Assembly: GCA_030149205.1 (NCBI GenBank)
Contig: JASBSB010000003.1
Coordinates: 300,001-332,000 of the forward strand
Source: Candidatus Heimdallarchaeota archaeon
Lineage (GTDB): Archaea > Asgardarchaeota > Heimdallarchaeia > Heimdallarchaeales > Kariarchaeaceae
Direction of reading: 5' to 3'
DNA length: 32,000 bases
Shown here: positions 1 to 7,639 of the stretch, piece after piece
Position numbering within the stretch: position 1 is the first letter of the stretch
How the letters are laid out: the number at the start of each line of letters is the position of its first letter
The notes under the pieces: generated by a model
Seen by the model: only the letters and a program-made list of their open reading frames with translations
Databases searched by the model: none
Told to the model about the DNA's origin: nothing
Translations under genes and position numbers: made by a program

Positions 1-1
1 A

Positions 2-1105
2 CCCTCTTTCTTTCATTGCAAGAACATAGGGTTTTGCTTTTCCTGCTGCGCTTGTAAACTCTATGGCAAGTAACAAACCTCTTCCTCTTACCTCCTTCAC
101 AACTTGTGAAGGCAGAGTCTTTAATTTATCTAAGAAGTATTTACCATTTTCTTGAGATTTTTGAGCTAAGTTTTCTTCAACTAGCACATCAATTGCTGCG
201 CTCCCTACAGCACATGCCAATGGGTTTCCACCAAATGTAGACCCATGTGACCCACTGCTTAACACAGACATCACCTCTTTAGACCCTAAAGTTGCAGAGA
301 TAGGCATGATTCCACCTCCTAAAGCCTTTCCAACCAGCAAAATATCTGGTTGTACATCATCATACATAAAGCAGAAAGGTTTTCCAGTCCTACAGAAACC
401 TGTTTGAATTTCATCTGCAATGAGGAGGATATTATTTTCCTGACAAACTTCATACACATTTTTTAAATAACCCTGAGGAGGGGTGATTACCCCCGCTTCT
501 CCTTGTATAGGTTCAACCAAAAATGCAACTGTGTTTGGTGTAATAGCTGCTTTTAACGCATCAACGTCACCAAAAGGGATTTTTACAAAGCCAGGTGTTG
601 CAGGACCAAAATCACCGTAAGTGTCTGGATCTGAGGAGAACCCAACAATGGTGGTTGTACGTCCATGAAAATTGTTTTCACAAACTATGATCTCAGCCTT
701 ATCCTTTGGAACTTTCTTCTTCCAATATCCCCACCTTCTTGCCACCTTGATTCCGGTTTCAACTGCTTCAGCACCAGTATTCATGGGGCAAGCCATTTCA
801 TATCCGGAGTACTCGCATAACTTTTGAAGAAATCCACCTAACTTGTCATTATAAAAAGCTCTTGAAGTAAGTGTAATCCTATTAAGTTGGTTCTCAGCTG
901 CTTTTATTATGTTTGGATGGAGATGCCCCTGGTTTACTGCAGAATACGCTGATAAGCAATCAATGTATTTCTTGCCATCAACATCCCATACATAGATTCC
1001 TTCACCTTTAGATAATACAACAGGAATTGGAGTATAATTTGGGCTAGCCCATGTATTCTCCAATTTGATAAATTCTTGTGTTTTGGATTCATTTAATTGA
1101 GCCAT
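2..1105 (-). CDS. rocD: Ornithine--oxo-acid aminotransferase (class III PLP-dependent), 3' end runs off the window
   Basis: Not in the ORF track; translated by hand from ATG at 1105: MAQLNESKTQEFIKLENTWASPNYTPIPVVLSKGEGIYVWDVDGKKYIDCLSAYSAVNQGH, MNTGAEAVETGIK, NFHGRT, ADEIQTGFCRTG, GKALGGG (PLP lysine), HGSTFGGNPLACAV. Open to the window edge. Confidence 0.9.
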   Translation of the reverse strand, partial: MAQLNESKTQEFIKLENTWASPNYTPIPVVLSKGEGIYVWDVDGKKYIDCLSAYSAVNQGHLHPNIIKAAENQLNRITLTSRAFYNDKLGGFLQKLCEYSGYEMACPMNTGAEAVETGIKVARRWGYWKKKVPKDKAEIIVCENNFHGRTTTIVGFSSDPDTYGDFGPATPGFVKIPFGDVDALKAAITPNTVAFLVEPIQGEAGVITPPQGYLKNVYEVCQENNILLIADEIQTGFCRTGKPFCFMYDDVQPDILLVGKALGGGIMPISATLGSKEVMSVLSSGSHGSTFGGNPLACAVGSAAIDVLVEENLAQKSQENGKYFLDKLKTLPSQVVKEVRGRGLLLAIEFTSAAGKAKPYVLAMKERG

Positions 1106-1246
1106 TTTGACAATTATCTATTGGTAACATTTTAAATTTCCGTTAGATTTACTCGCTAAATTTTTGATTTAGCATTTTTATGATTAAACAAGTTATTAAG
1201 AAACTTTAAAGAGGTTTAATAAGGTCAATTTAATTGTCATTTAAGT

Positions 1247-1435
1247 ATGAAAGCTTGTAGAAGATGCAGGACAATCAATCATGACAAAAACAATCCTCGC
1301 TGTGAACGATGCAACTCTACAGATTTAACCGTAGATTTTTCAGGTGTTGTCTATATCATTGATCCAGAAACATCTGAAATCGCCAAAAAGTTACAGATAG
1401 AAGAACCAGGGGAATATGCACTAAAAATTCGGTGA
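1247..1435 (+). CDS. spt4: Transcription elongation factor Spt4 (RpoE'')
   Basis: 62 aa, KACRRC...CERC zinc finger, FSGVVYIIDPETSEIAKKLQI..PGEYALKIR typical of archaeal Spt4. Confidence 0.95.
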   Translation: MKACRRCRTINHDKNNPRCERCNSTDLTVDFSGVVYIIDPETSEIAKKLQIEEPGEYALKIR

Positions 1436-1439
1436 ACAT

Positions 1440-1970
1440 ATGCAGCCTTTACATCTAAAGCTCCCAGTAAAACTTAGGGAAAAATTATCCAACCCAATTG
1501 GAGATCTGCTTGTTGGAGAACCTAATGAGGTGATTCAATCATTTAAGGAGAAGTTCACAAGTTACAAGTACTTGATAACAGTTGGGGATGTCGTGTCACG
1601 CACTTTTTTAGAGGCAAATCTAAACCCAAACCTTATAATAACAGATGGACAGACAAAAAGAAGCAAATTAGAGAATAAATTAAACGTAAAGGGTTATAAA
1701 ATCAGTAGAACAGAATCCAAAGCAGCAGAAATTAGCAGAGAATCATGGATAGCTATTCAGGAGGCATTCCTTGATGTTTTTGAAAAGATCAACGTTCATA
1801 TAGAGGTAAAGGGGGAAGAAGATCTATTGGTTTTACCTGTAATATTAGAAGCCCCTGAGAATTCCCTCGTTATTTATGGGCAACCAAATGAAGGAGCTGT
1901 CGTTATTCGAGTAACACAATCAAAGAAATTTTTAATAAGAAAAATCATAGACGAGATGGAGATAATCTAA
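1440..1970 (+). CDS. GTP-dependent dephospho-CoA kinase (DUF359 family)
   Basis: Motifs ITVGDVVS, DGQTKR, GEEDLLVLP, VIYGQPNEG; conserved position between spt4 and rps24e. Confidence 0.88.
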   Translation: MQPLHLKLPVKLREKLSNPIGDLLVGEPNEVIQSFKEKFTSYKYLITVGDVVSRTFLEANLNPNLIITDGQTKRSKLENKLNVKGYKISRTESKAAEISRESWIAIQEAFLDVFEKINVHIEVKGEEDLLVLPVILEAPENSLVIYGQPNEGAVVIRVTQSKKFLIRKIIDEMEII

Positions 1971-1972
1971 AC

Positions 1973-2272
1973 ATGGATGTTAATATCATAGAACAAAAAG
2001 AAAATCCATTACTTGATAGGACAGAGGTGCTTGCAGAGCTAATTTTTGAAAAAGAAAGCACACCTTCAAGGGACGCAATAACAAGTAGAGTTTCGGCTTT
2101 GCTAAATTCTGACCAGAAAAGAACGATTTTAAAGGAGATTCAAACAAAATTTGGTGAAACAAAAGCAATTGCAAAACTTCGTGTGTATAAAAGTGAAGAG
2201 ATAGCAAGAAGAGTAGAGCCTGATTATGTTTTAAAGAGAAATAACTTGACAGGTGAGGTAAAAAATGAGTGA
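1973..2272 (+). CDS. rps24e: 30S ribosomal protein S24e
   Basis: [29 protein letters not shown] motifs; synteny. Confidence 0.93.
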   Translation: MDVNIIEQKENPLLDRTEVLAELIFEKESTPSRDAITSRVSALLNSDQKRTILKEIQTKFGETKAIAKLRVYKSEEIARRVEPDYVLKRNNLTGEVKNE

Positions 2273-2411
2273 GTCAAAATATTATAAGGTTGAAGGTGAA
2301 AAACTAAAAAGAACCAAAAAAGAGTGTCCAAAATGTGGAAAGGGGTATTTCATGGCCGAACACAAAGATAGATACACCTGTGGAAAATGTGGTCACACTA
2401 TTTCCAAATAA
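2265..2411 (+). CDS. rps27ae: 30S ribosomal protein S27ae (not ubiquitin-fused)
   Basis: Missing from the ORF track (48 aa). Hand translation: [50 protein letters not shown]-like GGTGAGGT upstream; 8-nt overlap with rps24e. Confidence 0.95.
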   Translation: MSESKYYKVEGEKLKRTKKECPKCGKGYFMAEHKDRYTCGKCGHTISK

Positions 2412-2527
2412 GCTATGTGAGAAAACTAAAGTTAACCAAGATCTTGATTGTAAACACTTCGGTTACTAGATTTATGATTAGTTCAGAAAAATACAAAGGG
2501 AAAGCAAGAAATATTAACTTTTAAAAT

Positions 2528-3091
2528 TTAATTTTCGAGTTGTTCTTCTTCAAATTGTTTTTCCCATTCCTCAATCCATTCTAGCTTTCCTAATCCTGCT
2601 TGTCGAGAGGTAATTCCAACCCTGATATTTGCCTTTTGCATACCTACTACAGCCACTTTTCCTCGATATGTATCACCGATACTTACTCGTTTCCCACTAT
2701 CTCGACCGATCATTGCCTGATCGGATTGTTTGTACTGGAAAAAGTCATCACCCATCTGGGATCGATGACAAAGACATTCAATTGTACTGACCTGGATAAA
2801 GATACCAAAATCAACTACATCAACCACACGACCCTCAACTATCTCGTTCCTTTCAGGTTTATAACAGAGTACCTTAAATTTACATGGATAGAATGCACCG
2901 CCATCCTGTGGTATTAATTTCCCCTTCCCTACCTCTTCAGCCTCTAAGACTGCAACTATCGATCCAAGTTCAGGGAAAACCCTTTCTTCAAGATTATCTC
3001 TTGCAAGTTCTAATAAGATGGATTTAAGTTCCTCATCGAAACGATTTGGTGGAACACGAAGGGTATCTGTGATTTGGCTGATATAATACAT
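2528..3091 (-). CDS. rpoE1: DNA-directed RNA polymerase subunit Rpo7 (E')
   Basis: LRVPPNRF, GKGKLIPQDGGAFY, GEVV-like EGRVVDVVDFGIF S1 domain, RQAGLGKLEWI; GTGGAG SD upstream on the minus strand. Confidence 0.95.
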   Translation of the reverse strand: MYYISQITDTLRVPPNRFDEELKSILLELARDNLEERVFPELGSIVAVLEAEEVGKGKLIPQDGGAFYPCKFKVLCYKPERNEIVEGRVVDVVDFGIFIQVSTIECLCHRSQMGDDFFQYKQSDQAMIGRDSGKRVSIGDTYRGKVAVVGMQKANIRVGITSRQAGLGKLEWIEEWEKQFEEEQLEN

Positions 3092-3267
3092 TTAAATAAA
3101 ACTCCACTTAAATTAATTAAACATCCTTTCTAAATTGTTTATAATTAAAATGATTTTGATATGTTTCGATGGAAAGTTTACCCAGTTTGAAAATGAATAA
3201 GAAGTTTAGCATTAGTCATTTAGGAATCAAACTATAGGCTTAATAAAATATAATATGATGAAAGATA

Positions 3268-3642
3268 ATGATTGAAAAAATGGTTATCAATATTGGAACT
3301 CAATCTGGGTATTCCAAGAAGGTGATTCTTGAAAAAGAAGCCAGAGTAGAACTCTTTGGACATAAAATCGGTGATGAGATAGATGGTGTCACTATTGGAT
3401 CTGAATATGAGGGGTATGTATTCAAAATTACTGGTGGTTCTGATGAAGATGGAGTTGCAATGAGACCTGAATTTGAGTCTGAGGGTTATAGAAGGCTACT
3501 TATCTCAAAAAGTGTTGGATTAAGAACCAAAAGGAAAGGAGAGAGAAAACGAAGAAGGTTAAGAGGGAACATTATTGCAGATGACATATCACAATTAAAT
3601 CTTAAAGTGGTAAAAGAAGGCAAGAAAAAAATCAAAGAATAA
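3268..3642 (+). CDS. rps6e: 30S ribosomal protein S6e
   Basis: LFGHKIGDEIDG, KITGGSDEDGVAMRP, GERKRRRLRGNII, QLNLKVV. Confidence 0.93.
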   Translation: MIEKMVINIGTQSGYSKKVILEKEARVELFGHKIGDEIDGVTIGSEYEGYVFKITGGSDEDGVAMRPEFESEGYRRLLISKSVGLRTKRKGERKRRRLRGNIIADDISQLNLKVVKEGKKKIKE

Positions 3643-3649
3643 AATTATT

Positions 3650-3654
3650 GGAGG
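3650..3654 (+). promoter_or_regulatory. Shine-Dalgarno site of eif2g
   Basis: GGAGG 7 nt upstream of GTG at 3662; supports the long N-terminal form. Confidence 0.7.
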
Positions 3655-3661
3655 ATAAATC

Positions 3662-5083
3662 GTGTCAGTTAAGAGAAAAAGTAGAGCAAAGAAAAAAGAA
3701 GAATCGGTAACCGTTAAAGAGGAAAAAAAGCCAATTAAATCAAAAAAAACTAAGACAAAAAAAACAACTGGCACAAAAGCGCCAAAATCAACCTCTACTA
3801 AAACCAGCAAATCAAAGCCTAAAACAACCAAAAAATCAACAAAAGTCATTCACCCTGAAGTAAATATCGGTACCGCAGGGCATGTCGACGAGGGCAAATC
3901 TACCCTTATACAATCATTGACTGGGAAATTCCCAGACAACCACTCTGAGGAGATTAAAAGAGGTATCACTATCAGGTTGGGTTATGCAGATTGTGACATC
4001 AAAGAATGTCCTAAATGTTCAGAACCAGATAAATGGACTGTTGAAGATGTATGCCCACACTGCGGATCAAAAACCAAACTAAATAGACGAATCTCATTTG
4101 TTGACGCACCAGGACACGAAATCCTTATGCAAGTTATGTTATCAGGTGCCGCTATTATGGATGGAGTAATCTTGGTTGTTGGTGCAAATAAAAAAGTGCC
4201 ACAACCACAAACCAGAGAACACCTTGCAGCTATTACAGCCTTAGGGATAAAAAATGTTATTGTTGTTCAAAACAAGGTTGAGCTTGTCTCAGTAGAACAA
4301 GCAAGAGAGAACTACAAACAGATCAAAAATTTCCTCAAAGGAACCTTAGCTGAAAATGCACCTATCATTCCAATGAGTGCAATTCATGGTATAAATAAAG
4401 ATTTATTGCTATCTGCAATTCAAAATTTCATTCCTACACCGAAACATGATGCCAAAGCACCTTTACGGATGTTTGCAGCAAGGTCATTTGATATTAACAC
4501 ACCTGGTACTACAGCTAAGAATCTAAAAGGTGGAGTATTTGGTGGATCAATTACTACAGGTAAGGTTAAAGTAGGAGAAACTGTAAGGATACTACCTGGA
4601 CTAAAGAAAAAAGAGGGTAAAACAACATTAAGAATACCTGTAGACACGAAGGTCTTAAGTATCCGAGTTGGGGAATCTGGAGACAGTAAAGATGCCACCC
4701 CTGGAGGATTAGTTGCAATACAGACTGAGATAGATCCTAGTATGACAAGGTCAGATAATCTTAGTGGAAGTATCCTTACCACTCCAGAAACCCCAGTTGA
4801 GGTTGTCGATGAACTCCATTTGAAATACACACTCTTCGATTCTGTGGTGGGTTCAGACACAAATGAGGCTGTGAAACCTCTTGCTAAAAAAGAACCTCTT
4901 TTATTAACTGTAGGAACAGCAACGGTCACAGGAACAATAACACAATTGAAAAAGAGTATAGCTGATGTAAAGTTAACCTCAGTCATAGCAATGGACCCCT
5001 CAGTTAAAGTGGCTATAAGTCGCCTGATCCATAAAAGATGGAGACTAATTGGTTTTGCAGATATAGTTGAAGATGAAGGATAA
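3662..5083 (+). CDS. eif2g: Translation initiation factor aIF2 gamma subunit with Lys-rich N-terminal extension
   Basis: PEVNIGTAGHVDEGKST, EEIKRGITIRLGYAD, CPKC/CPHC zinc knuckle, SFVDAPGHE, QPQTREHL, KRWRLIG. Confidence 0.96.
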   Translation: MSVKRKSRAKKKEESVTVKEEKKPIKSKKTKTKKTTGTKAPKSTSTKTSKSKPKTTKKSTKVIHPEVNIGTAGHVDEGKSTLIQSLTGKFPDNHSEEIKRGITIRLGYADCDIKECPKCSEPDKWTVEDVCPHCGSKTKLNRRISFVDAPGHEILMQVMLSGAAIMDGVILVVGANKKVPQPQTREHLAAITALGIKNVIVVQNKVELVSVEQARENYKQIKNFLKGTLAENAPIIPMSAIHGINKDLLLSAIQNFIPTPKHDAKAPLRMFAARSFDINTPGTTAKNLKGGVFGGSITTGKVKVGETVRILPGLKKKEGKTTLRIPVDTKVLSIRVGESGDSKDATPGGLVAIQTEIDPSMTRSDNLSGSILTTPETPVEVVDELHLKYTLFDSVVGSDTNEAVKPLAKKEPLLLTVGTATVTGTITQLKKSIADVKLTSVIAMDPSVKVAISRLIHKRWRLIGFADIVEDEG

Positions 5084-5495
5084 CACACTGAAAATATTTA
5101 TAGATACAAATTTTATATTACATGCGATAGACTGGAACTTAAATTTTACTCATATATTAGAAAGAAATATCACCAAACCATATCAAATCATGATTCACCC
5201 TCTAGTTATAGAAGAACTTGATTTGCTCGAATCACAGTCTTCGAATTCAACCAAGCTTCTCTCAAAAATTAAGTTAGCAAGAGAATTAATATTGTCTAAT
5301 TTTATGATTTACAACAAATCCATCGAGGGAGAAGGTACTGATGTTAGTTTATTGTTGGCTGCAGAACATGAAGAAGGTGCAGTAATGACATTTGATTCCA
5401 ACTTGAGAAAAAGATGTAAAGAAAGGGGGATTCCAACTATAACTCTAACAAAAAGAAAGGAATTTATCTCTGATGGGTATTTAGAAGTAAATTAA
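5073..5495 (+). CDS. PIN-domain RNase (Fcf1/Utp24-like archaeal family)
   Basis: IDTNF, EEL, TDV, TFD acidic quartet; LRKRCKERGIP; conserved position after eif2g. ATG at 5073 preferred over TTG at 5067. Confidence 0.88.
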   Translation: MKDNTLKIFIDTNFILHAIDWNLNFTHILERNITKPYQIMIHPLVIEELDLLESQSSNSTKLLSKIKLARELILSNFMIYNKSIEGEGTDVSLLLAAEHEEGAVMTFDSNLRKRCKERGIPTITLTKRKEFISDGYLEVN

Positions 5496-5506
5496 ATTGA
5501 GATTAA

Positions 5507-7540
5507 TTAAAGTTTTAATTTTGTTGATTTATAAGAAACTATGTTTGTAGCTGCAACACTCATGAAATTGATGGTTCCTTGGTTAAGTGAATAGCTAAAG
5601 GATAGGACTGTTGAACCGATCGTTCCGATTTTGTTTGTCCAGTTAGCAGAAACTCCCCAAGAGTGTTTAAGAGCTAGATTTCCACTCGCAACAAACCAGC
5701 CTAAAGAACCATCTTTCTTAACTGGGAGAGTTATCGTCAAATTATCCAACCTATAAATATAATCGGCGAGCCTGTTGTTGTCCCTTGTTAACCCTCCAAC
5801 ATCAGAACTGTATGCATTTGAGCTTGAAATAGCCATATTAAATATTCCAGTTTTTAACTTGGTAGGGTTAGAATATGTCTGAAGCTGAGCCATTAAGTAA
5901 GAGGCTTTCTTATTAGCATATGAGATGGTAAGATCTTTGGGGAGATTAAATGTGTAATTCATCGATCCCCAATATATGTTAATATCACCATCTACAACTT
6001 GAGATGTAAGTTGTAATCTAAATTCAGAAGGATTCTTGGGGTTTTTTATAACTTGGAATGAGTTTACCTTGACCCTCGCATTTGTCATCAGCTTTGCTTC
6101 TTCTTTCAATGAAGTAATAACCATATCCCTGGGGACGACTTTTTCATGTCTGAGTTCCTTTGGTAAACTCTTATCAAGATACAAATCATTGAAAGCAAAA
6201 CTTACCACGCGAGACCCTTGTGGTGATATTCTTATTGCATAGGAAACACCAGTTTGGTTAAATGCAAGGACACCATTTTTATAAATTCTATAAGTGTGAT
6301 TTCCGTAGGCCGTAACATCTATAGACTTGTTTGCACTGAGAGTTGCAACATCTCTACCACCAACGTCTTGAGCACCATTTTTTACTCTTTCATTGAACAT
6401 TACATTTGTTTGAATGTCAGCAGTAATAGCAGGTGTGCCACTGTAAAAGGAATAGGTGTTATTCGCGGTTGCTGTTACTCCACCACCACCACCTCCATTG
6501 TTTCCAGTGGTAAGAAGCCCGTCACAAGTTGTACCACATGATAGGGGAACTAATCCAGTGATTCTTTCAGTTGTCATCCAATCAATTTGCTTCTGAATAT
6601 CGTTGTAGTTTCCAAAGGCACTCACTGTTCCAAAGAAAACCAATGGGACACCTCGATCAAATAAAGCTGTTAGAGCAGATGTTGCTACTTTCGGAACTGC
6701 CCAGGTGCTAACAAGAACCAAATTATATGTTTCTGCCATGTATGTGGTGTTCAATGTAATCTTTCCTAAATCATACACATCTTTATTGGGATCGAATTGA
6801 AAAGTAATACCTTTAGTCTGTGTGATGTATCGAAATCTCTTATCGGTAATAGATTTTTCAAGGCGCTCGAATGCATTGTCCGTGATATCGTTAAAGGTAA
6901 GGATGGCTATTCTGTACGTGACAGGGGCAAAGAAATCTTTTAATGAGACTACCTTAGTGAGAACCGTCCTGTCAATTGTACCAGGGGCAGAACTGATTTT
7001 GATTTTTGCATAGAAGAGAGAGGTGTTAAATGGAATTCTTGCAAAAGTGACACCATAATCAGCCACAGATAAACCTATATCATAGGAAGCATTCCCACTT
7101 GATTGTTTATATCCTCCAAAGGTATCTCCAAGTCTAAACAAAGACCCCTGGGAGTTGACTTTATAAGCATTAATCGCTCCTTGAATAACCCAAGGAGCAA
7201 AATCATCTAGCCTTGTGTTTCCAATATATACATCGATTCCATGCACATAAACCGGAGAGGTTAACTTATTGTCTACCTGAACCCTTAACCCTACTACATC
7301 TTTGGATCTTTGTGGGTTTGGGTCGGAAAATACCTGAATGATCGTTCCAACAACCTCAGAGATTGAGTTTGCTGATTTATTAAGCTGTGAGGCAGGATTC
7401 AGACTTGTATTTGTAGAAATCGCATTATTCATAACAACAGAAACAGAAGCTCCACCAGCAACAGCAATTGCAATTACTAGAATCATAGCAATTACAGGAC
7501 TGACAGACCTATTTCTCTTTAACACAGAAATTTCTCTCAT
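5507..7540 (-). CDS. Large type IV pilin-like / class III signal-peptide surface protein (about 677 aa)
   Basis: MREISVLKRNRS|VSPVIAMILVIAIAVAGG is a class III signal plus pilin N-terminal helix; ATG at 7540 preferred over the track start at 7603; beta-rich domains flank a central alpha/beta domain. Confidence 0.72.
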   Translation of the reverse strand: MREISVLKRNRSVSPVIAMILVIAIAVAGGASVSVVMNNAISTNTSLNPASQLNKSANSISEVVGTIIQVFSDPNPQRSKDVVGLRVQVDNKLTSPVYVHGIDVYIGNTRLDDFAPWVIQGAINAYKVNSQGSLFRLGDTFGGYKQSSGNASYDIGLSVADYGVTFARIPFNTSLFYAKIKISSAPGTIDRTVLTKVVSLKDFFAPVTYRIAILTFNDITDNAFERLEKSITDKRFRYITQTKGITFQFDPNKDVYDLGKITLNTTYMAETYNLVLVSTWAVPKVATSALTALFDRGVPLVFFGTVSAFGNYNDIQKQIDWMTTERITGLVPLSCGTTCDGLLTTGNNGGGGGGVTATANNTYSFYSGTPAITADIQTNVMFNERVKNGAQDVGGRDVATLSANKSIDVTAYGNHTYRIYKNGVLAFNQTGVSYAIRISPQGSRVVSFAFNDLYLDKSLPKELRHEKVVPRDMVITSLKEEAKLMTNARVKVNSFQVIKNPKNPSEFRLQLTSQVVDGDINIYWGSMNYTFNLPKDLTISYANKKASYLMAQLQTYSNPTKLKTGIFNMAISSSNAYSSDVGGLTRDNNRLADYIYRLDNLTITLPVKKDGSLGWFVASGNLALKHSWGVSANWTNKIGTIGSTVLSFSYSLNQGTINFMSVAATNIVSYKSTKLKL

Positions 7541-7639
7541 CTTATATAAAAAGTCTTCTTCCAGCCTAATAAATGTTATGCAATAAAATAAAGATATTCC
7601 CATTTAGATAATTTGTAAGTAATGTATTTAAATTTGTGA

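Noticed and set aside
2427-2436. Palindrome CAAGATCTTG between convergent rps27ae and rpoE1
   Set aside because: A single 10-bp palindrome with no promoter context; consistent with chance.
4270-4281. NKVE instead of NKxD in the aIF2-gamma G4 motif
   Set aside because: NKIE-type variants are, as I recall, already known in archaeal aIF2-gamma, so this is not unusual.
6479-6496. (CCA)n run as a phase-variable repeat
   Set aside because: It encodes an in-frame Gly6 linker with mixed codons; length changes would not shift the frame.
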